Positions 45,732 to 54,729 of a stretch of 64,000 nucleotides of DNA are shown in pieces. This stretch comes from a phage. Under the pieces are notes generated by a model. It saw only the letters and a program-made list of their open reading frames with translations. It was not told the DNA's origin and did no database searches. Position 1 is the first letter of the stretch. Every line of letters begins with the position of its first letter. The stretch lies in assembly GCA_018015315.1 (NCBI GenBank), contig GCA_018015315.1_3629.1; one strand, given 5' to 3'. The position numbers and the translations under genes were made by a program.

Positions 45732-46012
45732 AAATGAGTGCTAAGGACAAGTTGCACCAGTTAGCGCTAAAACGTCCTGTAACGCTCCCTGACGAGCTTA
45801 ACTCCATTTATGATGCGATTGTAGGGGAGATACAAAATAAAGCGTTAGCAGGCTTTCTGGGATGCGGATTTTCGATAAATCTACCCTCACATCTCTCAGA
45901 TTACTTCCCGCATATTGTTGGGGATTTGAGGGCAGGAGGTCTGCAGGTAGATGTTGTTGGCATCTCTCCAGAGAAAAATAACACGGTTGCCTACTTGACA
46001 GTAACCTGGTAG
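45728..46012 (+). CDS. hypothetical protein
   Basis: ATG overlapping upstream stop. Confidence 0.4.
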   Translation: MKMSAKDKLHQLALKRPVTLPDELNSIYDAIVGEIQNKALAGFLGCGFSINLPSHLSDYFPHIVGDLRAGGLQVDVVGISPEKNNTVAYLTVTW

Positions 46013-46046
46013 TTATGTATTGTTGTTCTCAACAAGGGGGTCATTT

Positions 46047-46286
46047 ATGTACAAGTCATTTTCAATTTACTCAAGACAGGCGAAACACTACACAGAGATC
46101 CTGATTACTCAGAAAAAATCTGTAGAAGGTGAGTGGGAGTATCACCATAAAATGTTGCGCCCAGATTGGGTTTTTGATAGACTTATTGCTATGATCCCTC
46201 TTGGAGAAGTATACCCTCTGACAGGTCATAGGGATGCTTGGGATTTAATTGATTACATAGATTCATTTAAGGAGCCCAGTGTATGA
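46047..46286 (+). CDS. hypothetical protein
   Basis: ATG after AGGGGG RBS. Confidence 0.4.
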   Translation: MYKSFSIYSRQAKHYTEILITQKKSVEGEWEYHHKMLRPDWVFDRLIAMIPLGEVYPLTGHRDAWDLIDYIDSFKEPSV

Positions 46287-46681
46287 AGATTGAGATCACT
46301 AAAGAAGGTAAGAAAGTGTCTGGAGACTATGCAACAGTAATTCGAGATTTAATGTTTGAAACCACCAAGTTCGGCACATCTAAAGTTGGTCAAACGGTGA
46401 GTGTGCAAGGTAATATCACCTCAGGAGAGAAGATAATCATCGTGATCAAAGGACAAGATCCTGTGGAAGGAACAGTGGGCCGAGGAGGCTACCTGTGCAT
46501 TTCTGAAGAACCGCGCATGCTGGTCGCTGATGACTCCACAGGTAAAAAGCGGGTATGTAACACTGACGAGGTGATGATTATCTATCCAGTCAACCCAGAT
46601 GATCCTGCAACATGGATTGTGGGGAATGAAATCTTCTCTTTAGAAGAGTTATCCTTCCCAGCTCCGCGCTCTGTTCAGTAA
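46283..46681 (+). CDS. hypothetical protein
   Basis: 132 aa ORF. Confidence 0.4.
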   Translation: MKIEITKEGKKVSGDYATVIRDLMFETTKFGTSKVGQTVSVQGNITSGEKIIIVIKGQDPVEGTVGRGGYLCISEEPRMLVADDSTGKKRVCNTDEVMIIYPVNPDDPATWIVGNEIFSLEELSFPAPRSVQ

Positions 46682-46720
46682 TAATTTATCTTACCAGAGA
46701 CGGTAGAAGTAGGAGGTAGC

Positions 46721-46954
46721 ATGAAAGTTAAATTTCTTACAGATTTAGGGTACCCTTCCTTGGTTGACTGCGTTGGTAAAATTGTGGAAGCAAAACGACT
46801 ATCTGCAAACGATAATGTTGTCATGGTTAAGGGAAAAGATTTACTATCTGCAGGTGCAGAGTCTGGCAGGATCTCTCCTGACTATACGTATTACCTGTCT
46901 TTAAGTAATCTACCAGAACGAGGCGGCAAAGGCCTTGAAGTTGTGGAGGAGTGA
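46721..46954 (+). CDS. small acidic protein, MKVK paralog family
   Basis: MKVKFL N-terminus, VKGKDLLSAGA core, C-terminal LEVVEE. Confidence 0.5.
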   Translation: MKVKFLTDLGYPSLVDCVGKIVEAKRLSANDNVVMVKGKDLLSAGAESGRISPDYTYYLSLSNLPERGGKGLEVVEE

Positions 46955-47478
46955 CAGGTATGCTACTGGTTGATTGGAAAGATTTTTATGGCGATAAAGA
47001 CCCGAAAGCATTTATATATAAGCCTTGGAGATACTCAGAGAGTCAAATTGCTGCAATAAACCTTACAGCAAAGCGCCGAAAAATTATTGAAAGTAAATAT
47101 AGATACGCCCAGCTAGTGGCTGGTGTTTCTCCACAGGTAGAGGGTTTTGTACTTAAACTGTACGAAAAGTTTATGAATTACGATTTGTCATTCGTGAAGG
47201 TGGGCGAGGATTTATCCCCTGGTAACAACGTAACCCGTTGGAAAGTTTCGTGTGACAAAAAACTCCCGATCAGTATTGAGGTGTGTCGATACTGGGGGTA
47301 TCATGATTGTGGATTGTATGACTACCATGATGTGGAAATAAAGCCACGCAATCATCTAAGCGACCCAGAAAAAGATTACTTGAAGCATGTGATTCTTTCC
47401 ATGTTTGGAGGGTATATCACAGAGAAAAATAGCGAAGACAGAGTATCCTTTCTTAACAGTTTGAACCAGGAGATGTAA
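46951..47478 (+). CDS. hypothetical protein
   Basis: 175 aa ORF. Confidence 0.4.
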   Translation: MTGMLLVDWKDFYGDKDPKAFIYKPWRYSESQIAAINLTAKRRKIIESKYRYAQLVAGVSPQVEGFVLKLYEKFMNYDLSFVKVGEDLSPGNNVTRWKVSCDKKLPISIEVCRYWGYHDCGLYDYHDVEIKPRNHLSDPEKDYLKHVILSMFGGYITEKNSEDRVSFLNSLNQEM

Positions 47479-47479
47479 T

Positions 47480-47716
47480 ATGGCCATAGATACTGTGTTG
47501 GTTTGGTATTGCGCATTGACCTTTCTGACAATGGTTGTTTTAGCAACTCTTTGCATCATATCTTGTAGAAAAATTAAGTTTGACGACTTTATAACTATAA
47601 TCACTGCCGCACCTTTTTGGCCTGTCGTTCTCTTCATTGTTGTTATGTGCTTGGTAGATCACTGTAAAACCGTCAGAAAAATGAAGGAGGAAGATAAGAA
47701 TGGTAACAGTGACTGA
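47480..47716 (+). CDS. small membrane protein (holin-like topology)
   Basis: 78 aa; two hydrophobic segments and charged C-terminal tail. Confidence 0.35.
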   Translation: MAIDTVLVWYCALTFLTMVVLATLCIISCRKIKFDDFITIITAAPFWPVVLFIVVMCLVDHCKTVRKMKEEDKNGNSD

Positions 47717-47830
47717 AACTGTTTATACTGTTCTTAGGGAGATTGCATTCTATACAGACCTTAGTTCAGTATCTTCATGGGAAAAGAGTGTGTATTTAAA
47801 ATGGTGCGTGAAATTAGAGGGGACCTTCTA

Positions 47831-47950
47831 ATGTTTCAAGCCATGTTTATTGAAATGCTCTCCGGAGTATTACTGCTGGTAGCCATTTTGGGTGGTGCGG
47901 CACTAATGTATAATTATCTTGAAAAAGGGGACAGTAATGACAAAAAATAA
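47831..47950 (+). CDS. small hydrophobic peptide (39 aa)
   Basis: GAGGGGA RBS; single TM-like segment; below track size cutoff. Confidence 0.3.
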   Translation: MFQAMFIEMLSGVLLLVAILGGAALMYNYLEKGDSNDKK

Positions 47951-48122
47951 ATCCTTAGAACAGGCTGAAAACCTTCTCCACGAGCTGGTAAAGGAGTGGA
48001 AAGTCGAATACTCAGATTTTAATGCAAGAGAGGGTGAAGATTATTGGCCTACGGAGCGCTCAGAGGGAGAGTGGTATCAAGATTTCATAGAATGGTTATA
48101 TCAGACGTGTGATGAGGGGTGA
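47937..48122 (+). CDS. hypothetical acidic protein
   Basis: ATG after AGGGGA, overlapping upstream peptide. Confidence 0.35.
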   Translation: MTKNKSLEQAENLLHELVKEWKVEYSDFNAREGEDYWPTERSEGEWYQDFIEWLYQTCDEG

Positions 48123-48580
48123 CGATGTTTGTTAAATATGTAAAAACGTGCCTCAACAACCTTGGTAGAGAGCATTGGTACACCTTGCTTGAAAAAGGAG
48201 AAATTTTAACAAAATCTGGAAAGATAACTTTGATACCCTTGGATGATAAAGACCCGTCACTACTTGTCATAGATGATTACGTTACAGGTGTGTCGTACGA
48301 GGTCTCTGTGGAGAGGTTAATACGCAGATCTGGAGGGCCTTATGACCGAAGAGAGTATGTTTTCGATTCTGTTACAGAGAAGGAGGATCCGTCTCTAATG
48401 TTTAGGATGGTAATCAGGGATATGAAATCATCTATAAATAGGATCGTAAAGGACATTAAAGAGCCTTTTAGGGTAAAAGTTAAGAAGTTTTTTGATTCTA
48501 AGATTAACATACTCGCCGTTGTGCTAGGCGTAATTCAACTTCTGTTAATTTTGCACTATCTTGAACTGTTGTTCAAGTAG
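48119..48580 (+). CDS. hypothetical protein with C-terminal TM segment
   Basis: 153 aa; C-terminal hydrophobic stretch. Confidence 0.4.
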   Translation: MTMFVKYVKTCLNNLGREHWYTLLEKGEILTKSGKITLIPLDDKDPSLLVIDDYVTGVSYEVSVERLIRRSGGPYDRREYVFDSVTEKEDPSLMFRMVIRDMKSSINRIVKDIKEPFRVKVKKFFDSKINILAVVLGVIQLLLILHYLELLFK

Positions 48581-48640
48581 TGTGCAACAAGGCACAAAGG
48601 ATGTGCCATGATTAAATAAACTAAGAAAGAGGTAGAGAGA

Positions 48641-48988
48641 ATGCCAAAGATTAAGTCGGTATTAATGTGGGCAGCTGTTGTAGCTTTTGTAGGATACTGG
48701 ACTTGGGAAACTGAATTAAAAGATATCGGATATACCAGTCTTGAGAGCAAGGCATGCATTGGCATAACCGATGCATTCAGGCAAAATGCTATGGATCATG
48801 AATGTGTTGATGCAGATATAGATGAGAAACTGTCTAAGGACAAGGATTTTTACCATGGGCATGCTTTGCTTGATAGTGGTGACACTGTAGAGTTCTGGTC
48901 GTGGTTCCGTGAAGATGGAACAATAAAAACAGCAGTAAAGATCTCTAACAAAGAGTTAATGCTGTTGCAGCAGAAGGAGGCTCAATGA
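48641..48988 (+). CDS. hypothetical protein with N-terminal TM/signal segment
   Basis: 115 aa; AAGAGGTAGAGAG RBS. Confidence 0.45.
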   Translation: MPKIKSVLMWAAVVAFVGYWTWETELKDIGYTSLESKACIGITDAFRQNAMDHECVDADIDEKLSKDKDFYHGHALLDSGDTVEFWSWFREDGTIKTAVKISNKELMLLQQKEAQ

Positions 48989-49272
48989 TCTGGATATCCT
49001 ATACTGATGGCACCATGCTGTATACTGCAGGTACCCGATATGAGGTTCAGGAGGACGATAAAAAATTTATCGTAAAAACATTTGACAAGGACGACAACCT
49101 TTTGCTAGAATTGACTTACAAGGTTGGAGAGGTATCCGATATCCAATTGGATTGTGGTCATAAAGATAATCCACTCAAAAAACCTGGAATAGGCAAGGCT
49201 TCAGAAGAACGTTTGTCTCGTATTGCAGAAAGCGTTTCTCCCCAAAAATCTAAGAAGAGGAGTAGAAAATGA
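48985..49272 (+). CDS. hypothetical protein
   Basis: 95 aa ORF. Confidence 0.4.
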   Translation: MIWISYTDGTMLYTAGTRYEVQEDDKKFIVKTFDKDDNLLLELTYKVGEVSDIQLDCGHKDNPLKKPGIGKASEERLSRIAESVSPQKSKKRSRK

Positions 49273-49469
49273 GTGACAAAATTCTTAAATTTAATACCTA
49301 CTATGAGAATGATTTGAACGATCTGTATTATATAGTGCGTAGCGAAAACCCGAATGTAGTACTGTTTTGCCGAGAACCTTTCAAAGGAGAGGAGATTGAA
49401 TCTACCATGAATGTGGATCAGATTTCACACCTGCTGCTCCTTGGATCATTAAAAGAGGCAGTATTCTAA
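49269..49469 (+). CDS. hypothetical protein
   Basis: 66 aa ORF. Confidence 0.35.
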   Translation: MSDKILKFNTYYENDLNDLYYIVRSENPNVVLFCREPFKGEEIESTMNVDQISHLLLLGSLKEAVF

Positions 49470-49488
49470 ACCAGGATGGAGGGTTTTT

Positions 49489-49677
49489 ATGAAGCACTAT
49501 TGTCTGTCTGGTAGGATGGGTGCAGATTGTGATTGGGTTTTCTTAAAACTTGTCAGTATTCGAGAGTTCATTCCAGAGGAAGAGCAAGAAAGTGAGCTGA
49601 TGTCATGGATCAACCATTACGGTAACACTTTTCGGCATGTTAAGGTGGAAGAGTTGCCAAGCGAGGCTGAATTATGA
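49489..49677 (+). CDS. hypothetical protein
   Basis: 62 aa ORF. Confidence 0.35.
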   Translation: MKHYCLSGRMGADCDWVFLKLVSIREFIPEEEQESELMSWINHYGNTFRHVKVEELPSEAEL

Positions 49678-49967
49678 AACTTTTTGAGTGGTTTAAAAAG
49701 TTTAAATATAAAGCTGTAGCCATCGTGCCGTGGTCCATTCAGTGGGTGGACGATGATGGATTACCAATTCCAGGTGATAAAGACACGGGATACTGGATCA
49801 TGCTTGAGAACGGGTTCGGTAAACGGAAATATTCCTGCACGGATACCTCAGGAGCATCTTTTAGGAGAATTCCTGGGTATAAATGTATGATTGTGTGGAA
49901 GATGTCTGGTGTACCTCCGGCCAATGCACAATATCTTACTACCAATCCAACCACAGAAGAGGACTAG
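49674..49967 (+). CDS. hypothetical protein
   Basis: 97 aa ORF. Confidence 0.4.
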   Translation: MKLFEWFKKFKYKAVAIVPWSIQWVDDDGLPIPGDKDTGYWIMLENGFGKRKYSCTDTSGASFRRIPGYKCMIVWKMSGVPPANAQYLTTNPTTEED

Positions 49968-49969
49968 TA

Positions 49970-50251
49970 ATGAAAAAGATTTGCGATACAGATGTGGAGT
50001 TCAAGGTGTGTAGTAAGGAGACCTATTGGGAAGTGAGACAAAAGGTATATTTGTTTGGACTTATCCCATATTGGTCTAAATTCTACTGGGGAGCAGATGA
50101 ATTAGGGAGATATGCCACCAAAGCTATGGCGCTTATAGGTATAGCTGAATATATTGCTGCTAGGGACAGGGCTGGAAAAACCTGCTACTACACTGCTGAC
50201 GAGATTCGTAACAGTGTTTACGTCCCACAACCACCTGATGGAGACCGTTGA
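49970..50251 (+). CDS. hypothetical protein
   Basis: ATG after GAGGA RBS directly after upstream stop. Confidence 0.4.
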   Translation: MKKICDTDVEFKVCSKETYWEVRQKVYLFGLIPYWSKFYWGADELGRYATKAMALIGIAEYIAARDRAGKTCYYTADEIRNSVYVPQPPDGDR

Positions 50252-50475
50252 TGAAAGTTAAAGTTTTAGATTCAAGCTTCTATATTGGTCAGGAGCCTTT
50301 AGTAGGGAAAGTGTTTACTGCTGTCCCTAACGAAGATTACCCTGACCTTTTAAAAATAAAAGGGGCAGATCTTATTGCCGCTGGTGCATCTCAGGACTGC
50401 TTTGACAGCCAGTGGGACTACAACTTTGCCCTAGGTGAGGATGTAGAGATAGTGGAGGACGATCATGAAGGTTAA
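50248..50475 (+). CDS. small acidic protein, MKVK paralog family
   Basis: MKVKVLDSSFYIGQ, IKGADLIAAGA, C-terminal VEIVEDD. Confidence 0.5.
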   Translation: MMKVKVLDSSFYIGQEPLVGKVFTAVPNEDYPDLLKIKGADLIAAGASQDCFDSQWDYNFALGEDVEIVEDDHEG

Positions 50476-50719
50476 AATTCTTGATTCTAACGTCTACTTG
50501 GGGCAATCCTTCCTGAAAGGAAAGGTCGTCCCTGCGGTATACTTTGAAGGGTTGCCGTGGGATGATCCTGTGCGGCAACATCACAGTTATGTAGGCCACA
50601 ACGTGGTGTTTATTTTAGGATCAGACCTGATCACCGCTGGTGCACCTGAATATTATTTCGGGGAAGAGTCCTATTATGCCTTTGGGGTAGGGTCAGATGC
50701 AGATATTGTAGAGCTGTGA
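50465..50719 (+). CDS. small acidic protein, MKVK paralog family
   Basis: MKVKILDSNVYLGQ, ILGSDLITAGA, C-terminal DIVEL. Confidence 0.5.
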   Translation: MKVKILDSNVYLGQSFLKGKVVPAVYFEGLPWDDPVRQHHSYVGHNVVFILGSDLITAGAPEYYFGEESYYAFGVGSDADIVEL

Positions 50720-50731
50720 TGGGTAACCGTT

Positions 50732-51130
50732 GTGAAAAATAAACTGTTCAAAGTTACAATGAAAATTCGCGGAGCTTGGAGCGTAAAGCAAGGGCGTATC
50801 CCAGAATTTGAGAAAGACTTCTACGTAGTCTCCACCTCGGAGGAGGCTGCATGCTGGCAGGCTGGCTATGCCTATGCAAGAACCTGGTACGAAGGATACC
50901 AGACTGGGGGCTATGACGGAGAAATTGTCAGCAAGGGTGTAGAAGAAATTAATGTGTTGACAAGTGAAAAAGTTTTTGTTATAGTGCATCCAGATTCCAG
51001 AGTGAAGCATTACTGGAATGCCAGAACAAAAACTTGGACACCGTTTGCAGATTCTGCTACTCCACTTTTAAACCAGAAAGCTCTTGACTCTGCCCCAAGT
51101 TATGGGGTTGTTGAAGAAAAGCTAAACTGA
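50732..51130 (+). CDS. hypothetical protein (paralog of 52941-53336)
   Basis: shared segment HPDS..YWN..WTPF with 52941-53336 product. Confidence 0.45.
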   Translation: MKNKLFKVTMKIRGAWSVKQGRIPEFEKDFYVVSTSEEAACWQAGYAYARTWYEGYQTGGYDGEIVSKGVEEINVLTSEKVFVIVHPDSRVKHYWNARTKTWTPFADSATPLLNQKALDSAPSYGVVEEKLN

Positions 51131-51147
51131 AACAGTGAGGTGTCACC

Positions 51148-51438
51148 ATGATGGATTTAATTCTAAATATTGATAACGCAGGAGAGTTTAAAGACGATGG
51201 TGTAACAAGCATGGACAAACCCTGCTCTGCTAAGGTTGACTCAAAATGGACCTATAAGTTTGATGGAGAGATCTTCGCAAATGATGAGAAGGTTGTAGAT
51301 GCTGCAGCCATTTTGAACGCTCTAGGTTACGACCCTGTGAATTCTTTGATCAAGGATCCTGTTGAGTTTGCGGAGTATGTTCGAAAAATGGCAGATCTTG
51401 CTGTAGATATTTTAAAAACTATCGACAACAAGCTATAA
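51148..51438 (+). CDS. hypothetical protein
   Basis: 96 aa; GAGGTG RBS. Confidence 0.4.
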   Translation: MMDLILNIDNAGEFKDDGVTSMDKPCSAKVDSKWTYKFDGEIFANDEKVVDAAAILNALGYDPVNSLIKDPVEFAEYVRKMADLAVDILKTIDNKL

Positions 51439-51443
51439 AACTG

Positions 51444-51472
51444 TTGACACAATGCTTCAGCTATAGTATTAT
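51444..51472 (+). promoter_or_regulatory. sigma70-like promoter upstream of hpf-like gene
   Basis: TTGACA-17 bp-TATTAT, then leader hairpin AGAGAGA..TCTCTCT and AAAGGAG RBS. Confidence 0.5.
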
Positions 51473-51524
51473 TGTTTTCAAAGAGAGATGGTTGTTACTC
51501 TCTCTTCCTTAAAAGGAGCACGTT

Positions 51525-51842
51525 ATGCAAATTGAAATCACTGGCAACGTAGAAATCACTGAAGGTATGGTGTCTTTCATTTCCCACAAAATGTCTAAGC
51601 TGGAGCGTTTGCACCCATCTGCCAACTATGCACGTGTGAGTGTAAAAGTTGAAAATGATCACCAGGAAGTCATGGCGTTCATTTTTGACACTTCCGGAAA
51701 AGAAGTTATTGCCAAAGCTAAAGGCAGTGACGCTTACGAGGCAACTGACCGTATGGTAGATGTTGCAGCACGTCAGTTGGCTAAATGCGGTGGAAAGAAA
51801 GGTAAAGGGAAAGGCAAAGTAAAGATTGACTTTGGAGAATGA
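51525..51842 (+). CDS. hpf: ribosome hibernation promoting factor / RaiA-family homolog
   Basis: MQIEITGNVEITEGM closely matches E. coli HPF N-terminus MQLNITGNNVEITEA (from memory); about 100 aa; basic Gly/Lys tail. Confidence 0.7.
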   Translation: MQIEITGNVEITEGMVSFISHKMSKLERLHPSANYARVSVKVENDHQEVMAFIFDTSGKEVIAKAKGSDAYEATDRMVDVAARQLAKCGGKKGKGKGKVKIDFGE

Positions 51843-51979
51843 GGTGCTACAATGGGCGTGATTAAGAAATTAGTCCCAAATGTAGAGATTGCATGCTTTG
51901 AAATTATGTTTGCAATCGCAGTTGTAGTTAATGTGTTAGGTTACGGCTATTAATATCAAATAATTGAGGAGACCTCTAA

Positions 51980-52249
51980 ATGAAAATTAAATTATTCAAA
52001 ACTGAGCTGGCAGACAAAAACTGTGGACTGGTTGAAGGCATGATTGTTGAAGCACAACCAGTGGACTATATGAAAGTGGTTCGTGATGCCCTGGGTGAAG
52101 GTTTTGATCTGATGGAGCCAGCTCTGCGCGAAGATGTTATCGAGATGGCTAAAAAGCACACACCTGAAGGTTTGGTGGTGTTTGTTGCACCGGGTAACGG
52201 AGAAGAGTTGATTGTAACTCCTGATGTGTATGAGATTGTAGAGGAATAA
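51980..52249 (+). CDS. small acidic protein, paralog family (YEIVEE tail)
   Basis: MKIKLFK N-terminus, C-terminal PDVYEIVEE. Confidence 0.45.
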   Translation: MKIKLFKTELADKNCGLVEGMIVEAQPVDYMKVVRDALGEGFDLMEPALREDVIEMAKKHTPEGLVVFVAPGNGEELIVTPDVYEIVEE

Positions 52250-52340
52250 TCCTGCTTGGATTAGCATACTTACTCGATAAGGAAGATTTGTAATTATTTG
52301 TGGGAAAGGAATCCCAATCTCTTACCAGAGGTGATACTAT

Positions 52341-52604
52341 ATGATTGTTTATTTTAAAACTTCAGGTGGATACCCTGATTCTCAAAGCTTGATCGGGAAA
52401 ACGTGCACAGCATACTCACCTCTTGATGAAGAGGTAGGTGATATTCTACGAAATATGTATCGGATTGACCCCCAAGAAGCTTTTGATCAAAACCTTGTAT
52501 TTGTCAAGGGCTCAGACATGAAGTCTTTGGGAGCATTCCCTGAAGCAGATGATGATGCCGTTTATTCGTTCATGACCCCTTTTGAAGCTATGGTTGTTGG
52601 GTGA
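52341..52604 (+). CDS. small acidic protein, MKVK family relative
   Basis: VKGSDMKSLGA core. Confidence 0.45.
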   Translation: MIVYFKTSGGYPDSQSLIGKTCTAYSPLDEEVGDILRNMYRIDPQEAFDQNLVFVKGSDMKSLGAFPEADDDAVYSFMTPFEAMVVG

Positions 52605-52608
52605 TAAT

Positions 52609-52941
52609 ATGAAAGTACGCTTTATTGGTGAAACAATTCCTGTGCATCTCCGGTCGCCTGAAGATTCTGCAGATCTTGCATCTCAGAAGGCGAGAGGTTA
52701 TGATAAGAAAGTAATCTCAACCGATGTAGAACTTGAGGCTACTAGTCTACCTGACCCTGCTGCATTCTTTAATCATTATGGATACTATTTCAGCAATCTG
52801 ATGAATATCGGTGAGCTTGTGTTTATTAGTGGTGGAGAAATTGTTAGCAAGCTTGGCGGCGATCCGGATGTCTTTCATGAAACCTGTCCTTTTGCATTTG
52901 TGGTAGGTTCAGATGTGGAAGTTATTGAGGAGGTGCGGTAA
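52609..52941 (+). CDS. small acidic protein, MKVK paralog family
   Basis: MKVRFIGE, VVGSDVEVIEE tail; internal ATG chosen. Confidence 0.45.
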   Translation: MKVRFIGETIPVHLRSPEDSADLASQKARGYDKKVISTDVELEATSLPDPAAFFNHYGYYFSNLMNIGELVFISGGEIVSKLGGDPDVFHETCPFAFVVGSDVEVIEEVR

Positions 52942-53336
52942 TGGTAAGACTATACCGTGTTGAGTATAGCTCAGATACTGTATACAATGTAAGAAGCAAA
53001 GATCGCAGCGACAGAGTGCAAGAAATGTATGTTCTTGCCGACAGTCCGTTATCTGCAGCGTTCAAGGCAGGGTCTCTTGCATCTCGTTGGAAATTTGAAG
53101 GTGGATCTTTCTATGAAGAAACCCTTGAAGATTCTGTTGTTATTTCTTCTGCAGAGGTTTCAGATGACTACGAAGGGAAAAAGTTCGTAATGCGGCACCC
53201 ACACAGCAACATTGCGTACTACTGGGATGTTCTGAACAACGAGTGGACCCCAGATCTTCAGAAGGCCACTGTGCTAACACCGTTTTTGGCAGATAAGTTT
53301 CCACCAGAAGGTAATTTATCCGCACTGTTTCAGTAA
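52941..53336 (+). CDS. hypothetical protein (paralog of 50732-51130)
   Basis: RHPHS..YYWD..WTPD segment shared with 50732-51130. Confidence 0.45.
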   Translation: MVRLYRVEYSSDTVYNVRSKDRSDRVQEMYVLADSPLSAAFKAGSLASRWKFEGGSFYEETLEDSVVISSAEVSDDYEGKKFVMRHPHSNIAYYWDVLNNEWTPDLQKATVLTPFLADKFPPEGNLSALFQ

Positions 53337-53354
53337 TTTTCTTGCACACAGGTG

Positions 53355-53383
53355 TTGACAACGCCAACCCTGTGTGAAATAAT
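53355..53383 (+). promoter_or_regulatory. sigma70-like promoter (weak -10)
   Basis: TTGACA-17 bp-AATAAT. Confidence 0.35.
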
Positions 53384-53412
53384 ACCTTCATCTTAACAAG
53401 ACAGGAGACCGA

Positions 53413-53673
53413 TTGATGAAGATTAAATTGAAAAACCTTGAAACGGCAGAGATTCAGGACGGTGTGGATTTCCGTTCTAAAGATGGTGACATCTTAGAGG
53501 TAAATATTCCAACCTACGAGCTGATCAAAGGTTTTGGCAACGTCCCCGAGGAAGGTATCGCAGACGTTCTTCTAATGTTAATCGTTAGTGGGACAGTGTT
53601 CTTGGGGGAAGGTGAGAACGCTATTGCAATCCCAAGCCATTTTTATGAAGTAGTTGACGAAGAGGCGCTGTAA
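53413..53673 (+). CDS. small acidic protein, paralog family
   Basis: MMKIKLKNLE, C-terminal YEVVDEEAL. Confidence 0.45.
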   Translation: MMKIKLKNLETAEIQDGVDFRSKDGDILEVNIPTYELIKGFGNVPEEGIADVLLMLIVSGTVFLGEGENAIAIPSHFYEVVDEEAL

Positions 53674-54024
53674 ATGAAAGTAGAAATTACTGGTTTTGAT
53701 GTGAATGTGGTTCCGGAAGATATTTTAGCTAAACTCCCGGAAGGTTTTGGTAACGGTGTTGTGGTGGATGCTGTTCCTCCTACCAAAGACATTCTGCTGC
53801 AGTATGGTGTAGCAGAGGAAGATGTTGATAAAGTTCTTACAATGATGGCAATCGATCGTGTTGTCGTTGTTAAAGGTCTCGATAATTTTGAGAGTGATCC
53901 TCTGATTATTCGTGGAGATGACTACAAAATCATCGATAATGAAGGCCAAGAGTTCTATGAGCCTTGTGCAGAAGATATTCTTAACTTATTACTGGAAGCA
54001 GGCACCGAAGAGGAGGACGAATAA
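53674..54024 (+). CDS. small acidic protein
   Basis: MKVEITGFD N-terminus, acidic C-terminus EEEDE. Confidence 0.4.
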   Translation: MKVEITGFDVNVVPEDILAKLPEGFGNGVVVDAVPPTKDILLQYGVAEEDVDKVLTMMAIDRVVVVKGLDNFESDPLIIRGDDYKIIDNEGQEFYEPCAEDILNLLLEAGTEEEDE

Positions 54025-54353
54025 TGAAGATTGACCCGTTACTGAAGGCTCGTGCAGAAAAAGCGTACACCATTAAGCTGACCAACCTGGTTCCTACTTG
54101 TCATCCAGATGTAGGTTGGCCCGAAGGTTTGGTGGAGGGAACTGTAACAGCTGCATACCTTCCTAACATCAAATACCTCATGGAGATCTTAGAGATGGAT
54201 GAGGAAACTGCAGAACAGTTCCAGTTGGATATGAAACAGAGTGGGACTCTGGTTATTCACGGGTGGTATAATACTAAAGATGCAGAAGACCCTCTGGTAA
54301 CTTCTAATCTGGCATATGAAATCTTAGGGCCTTTGAACCTGGAGGAAGACTAA
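54024..54353 (+). CDS. small acidic protein
   Basis: 109 aa, ATGA-coupled to neighbours. Confidence 0.4.
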   Translation: MKIDPLLKARAEKAYTIKLTNLVPTCHPDVGWPEGLVEGTVTAAYLPNIKYLMEILEMDEETAEQFQLDMKQSGTLVIHGWYNTKDAEDPLVTSNLAYEILGPLNLEED

Positions 54354-54640
54354 TGAAAGATCTGGTTAAGATTAAGATTAAAGATACCAATGGGGAGCTC
54401 AGCCATTTTGGAATTAATGATGGTGACGAGCTGATCGCACACCTGCCTACCAAGGAGGTTGTAAGCAAAGCAGTTGCCGGAGAAGAAGCTGCAATGCAGG
54501 CTGCAGGTGTGGATGAAAACTATGTAGCTATGTGCATGTGCCGAGATCAGGTTGTTCTGTATAAAGCGTATCGACCAAACGGAGCCACGGAGTGGCTTGT
54601 ATTCCGACCCGAAGGATATGAAATCTTAGAGGCACTATGA
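54353..54640 (+). CDS. small acidic protein, paralog family
   Basis: KIKIKDTNGE, C-terminal EGYEILEAL. Confidence 0.45.
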   Translation: MKDLVKIKIKDTNGELSHFGINDGDELIAHLPTKEVVSKAVAGEEAAMQAAGVDENYVAMCMCRDQVVLYKAYRPNGATEWLVFRPEGYEILEAL

Positions 54641-54729
54641 TAAATCTTGCCAAGGTTGCAACGGCACTGTTAATTATTTGCTGGTCAGTAACCTTAACAC
54701 TGTGTCTTGTATTTCAGTGAGGTGCTTGT

